A DNA stretch of 64,000 bases from Pirellulales bacterium (GTDB taxonomy: Bacteria; Planctomycetota; Planctomycetia; Pirellulales; PALSA-1355). The notes below the pieces were generated by a model. The model was not told where the DNA came from, did no database searches, and saw only the letters and a list, made by a program, of their open reading frames with translations. The stretch spans positions 288,001 through 352,000 of the forward strand of contig CAVTBU010000007.1 in the NCBI GenBank assembly GCA_963733035.1, read 5' to 3'. Position 1 is the stretch's first letter; each line of letters starts with the position of its first letter. Below, piece after piece: positions 63,301-64,000 of the stretch. A program made the translations under genes and the position numbers.

Positions 63301-64000
63301 GCCGCCGCCGCCGCCGAGCCGACCGCTCCGGGCACCAGCCCGGCGCCCCCGGCAACGGAGGTCTACGACTGGACGGCCGAGCAGGGTGTTTTGCGCGGGC
63401 GGCTGAACAGCGCTCAATTGTCTGGCGCGAAAGCCTGGCTGCACTACCATCGGCCGCTGTTGAGCGGTGAAACGCTGCGCTATCAGTTCCTCTATCAGCC
63501 GGGCGAATTGCACGTGCACCCGACGGTCGGACGCATCGCCTATTTGCTCGAGCCGGCCGGCTTGCGATTGCAGTGGCTCGAATCTTCCATCCGCCCAGTG
63601 GGGCTGGTCGTGCTCGACAACGACTCGATCGTTGAAGATCCCGCTTGCCGCCGCGCGGCCGTAGGAGAGTTGCTTAAGGAGAATGATTGGAATGATGTTG
63701 AGCTGGCGCTCGTGGGCGACCAATTGACGATCCGACTGAACGGCGAGTCCGTCTGTGAGCGGAAGCTTGACACGCCGCAAGACTCGTACTTCGGCTTCTT
63801 CCACCGTCCCGGTCAGACGGCCGCCGAGATTCGCAATGTCGAGCTGACTGGGGCGTGGCCCGAGACGCTTGCCCCGACGGATCTGGCGGACTTGTTCGCG
63901 CCGGCCGACGAGACATTGCCGGCCGAGGCACGGCAGGTCTCCAGCCGCTTGATTGGCGAAACCTTGATCGCCGACAACGTTGGCTCGTTGTGGCAGAGCC
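54364..64000 (+). CDS. Giant (>3200 aa) exported TPR protein with DUF1583/DUF1581-like domain; two indels; runs off the window
   Basis: AGGAGG SD and signal peptide; many TPR-like helical pairs; frame changes at ~59115 and ~59475, then one open frame to 64000 including HYHRPLL..LRYQFLY..HVHPTVGRIAYLL and WNDVEL..FGFFH..RNVELTGAWP. Confidence 0.8.

Overview
High-GC bacterial DNA, almost certainly a planctomycete (DUF1501/DUF1800, PSCyt/DUF1549-DUF1553 cytochrome, and a giant TPR/DUF1583-like protein). It holds about 33 protein genes. I saw no rRNA, tRNA, CRISPR array or transposase. Left part (1-21.5 kb): exported planctomycete proteins, rfbB-rfbA, a Mn-type SOD, an HD-PAS-GGDEF protein, and an NPY-repeat lipoprotein whose long leader has two perfect CsrA/RsmA-type hairpins. 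Centre (21.5-46 kb), the most interesting part: hpnCDE and ispH; then an operon of a GriC/EhpF-like adenylating protein, GriD-like reductase, Fe-ADH, beta-propeller, HemN-like radical SAM, orphan GcvH and ferredoxin; a pfk-HAD-gnd-SDR block; then a chorismate-lyase-fold protein, a DUF116-polyprenyl synthase fusion with altered substrate motifs, a divergent type II terpene cyclase and a second radical SAM. I infer an uncharacterised aromatic-terpenoid (meroterpenoid or cofactor) pathway. Right part: a MoxR-DUF58-VWA operon divergent from a >3200 aa TPR protein that runs off the window. Nine small indels break seven ORFs, including housekeeping gnd; they are most likely assembly errors. All family calls come from reading motifs by eye; no database searches were run.
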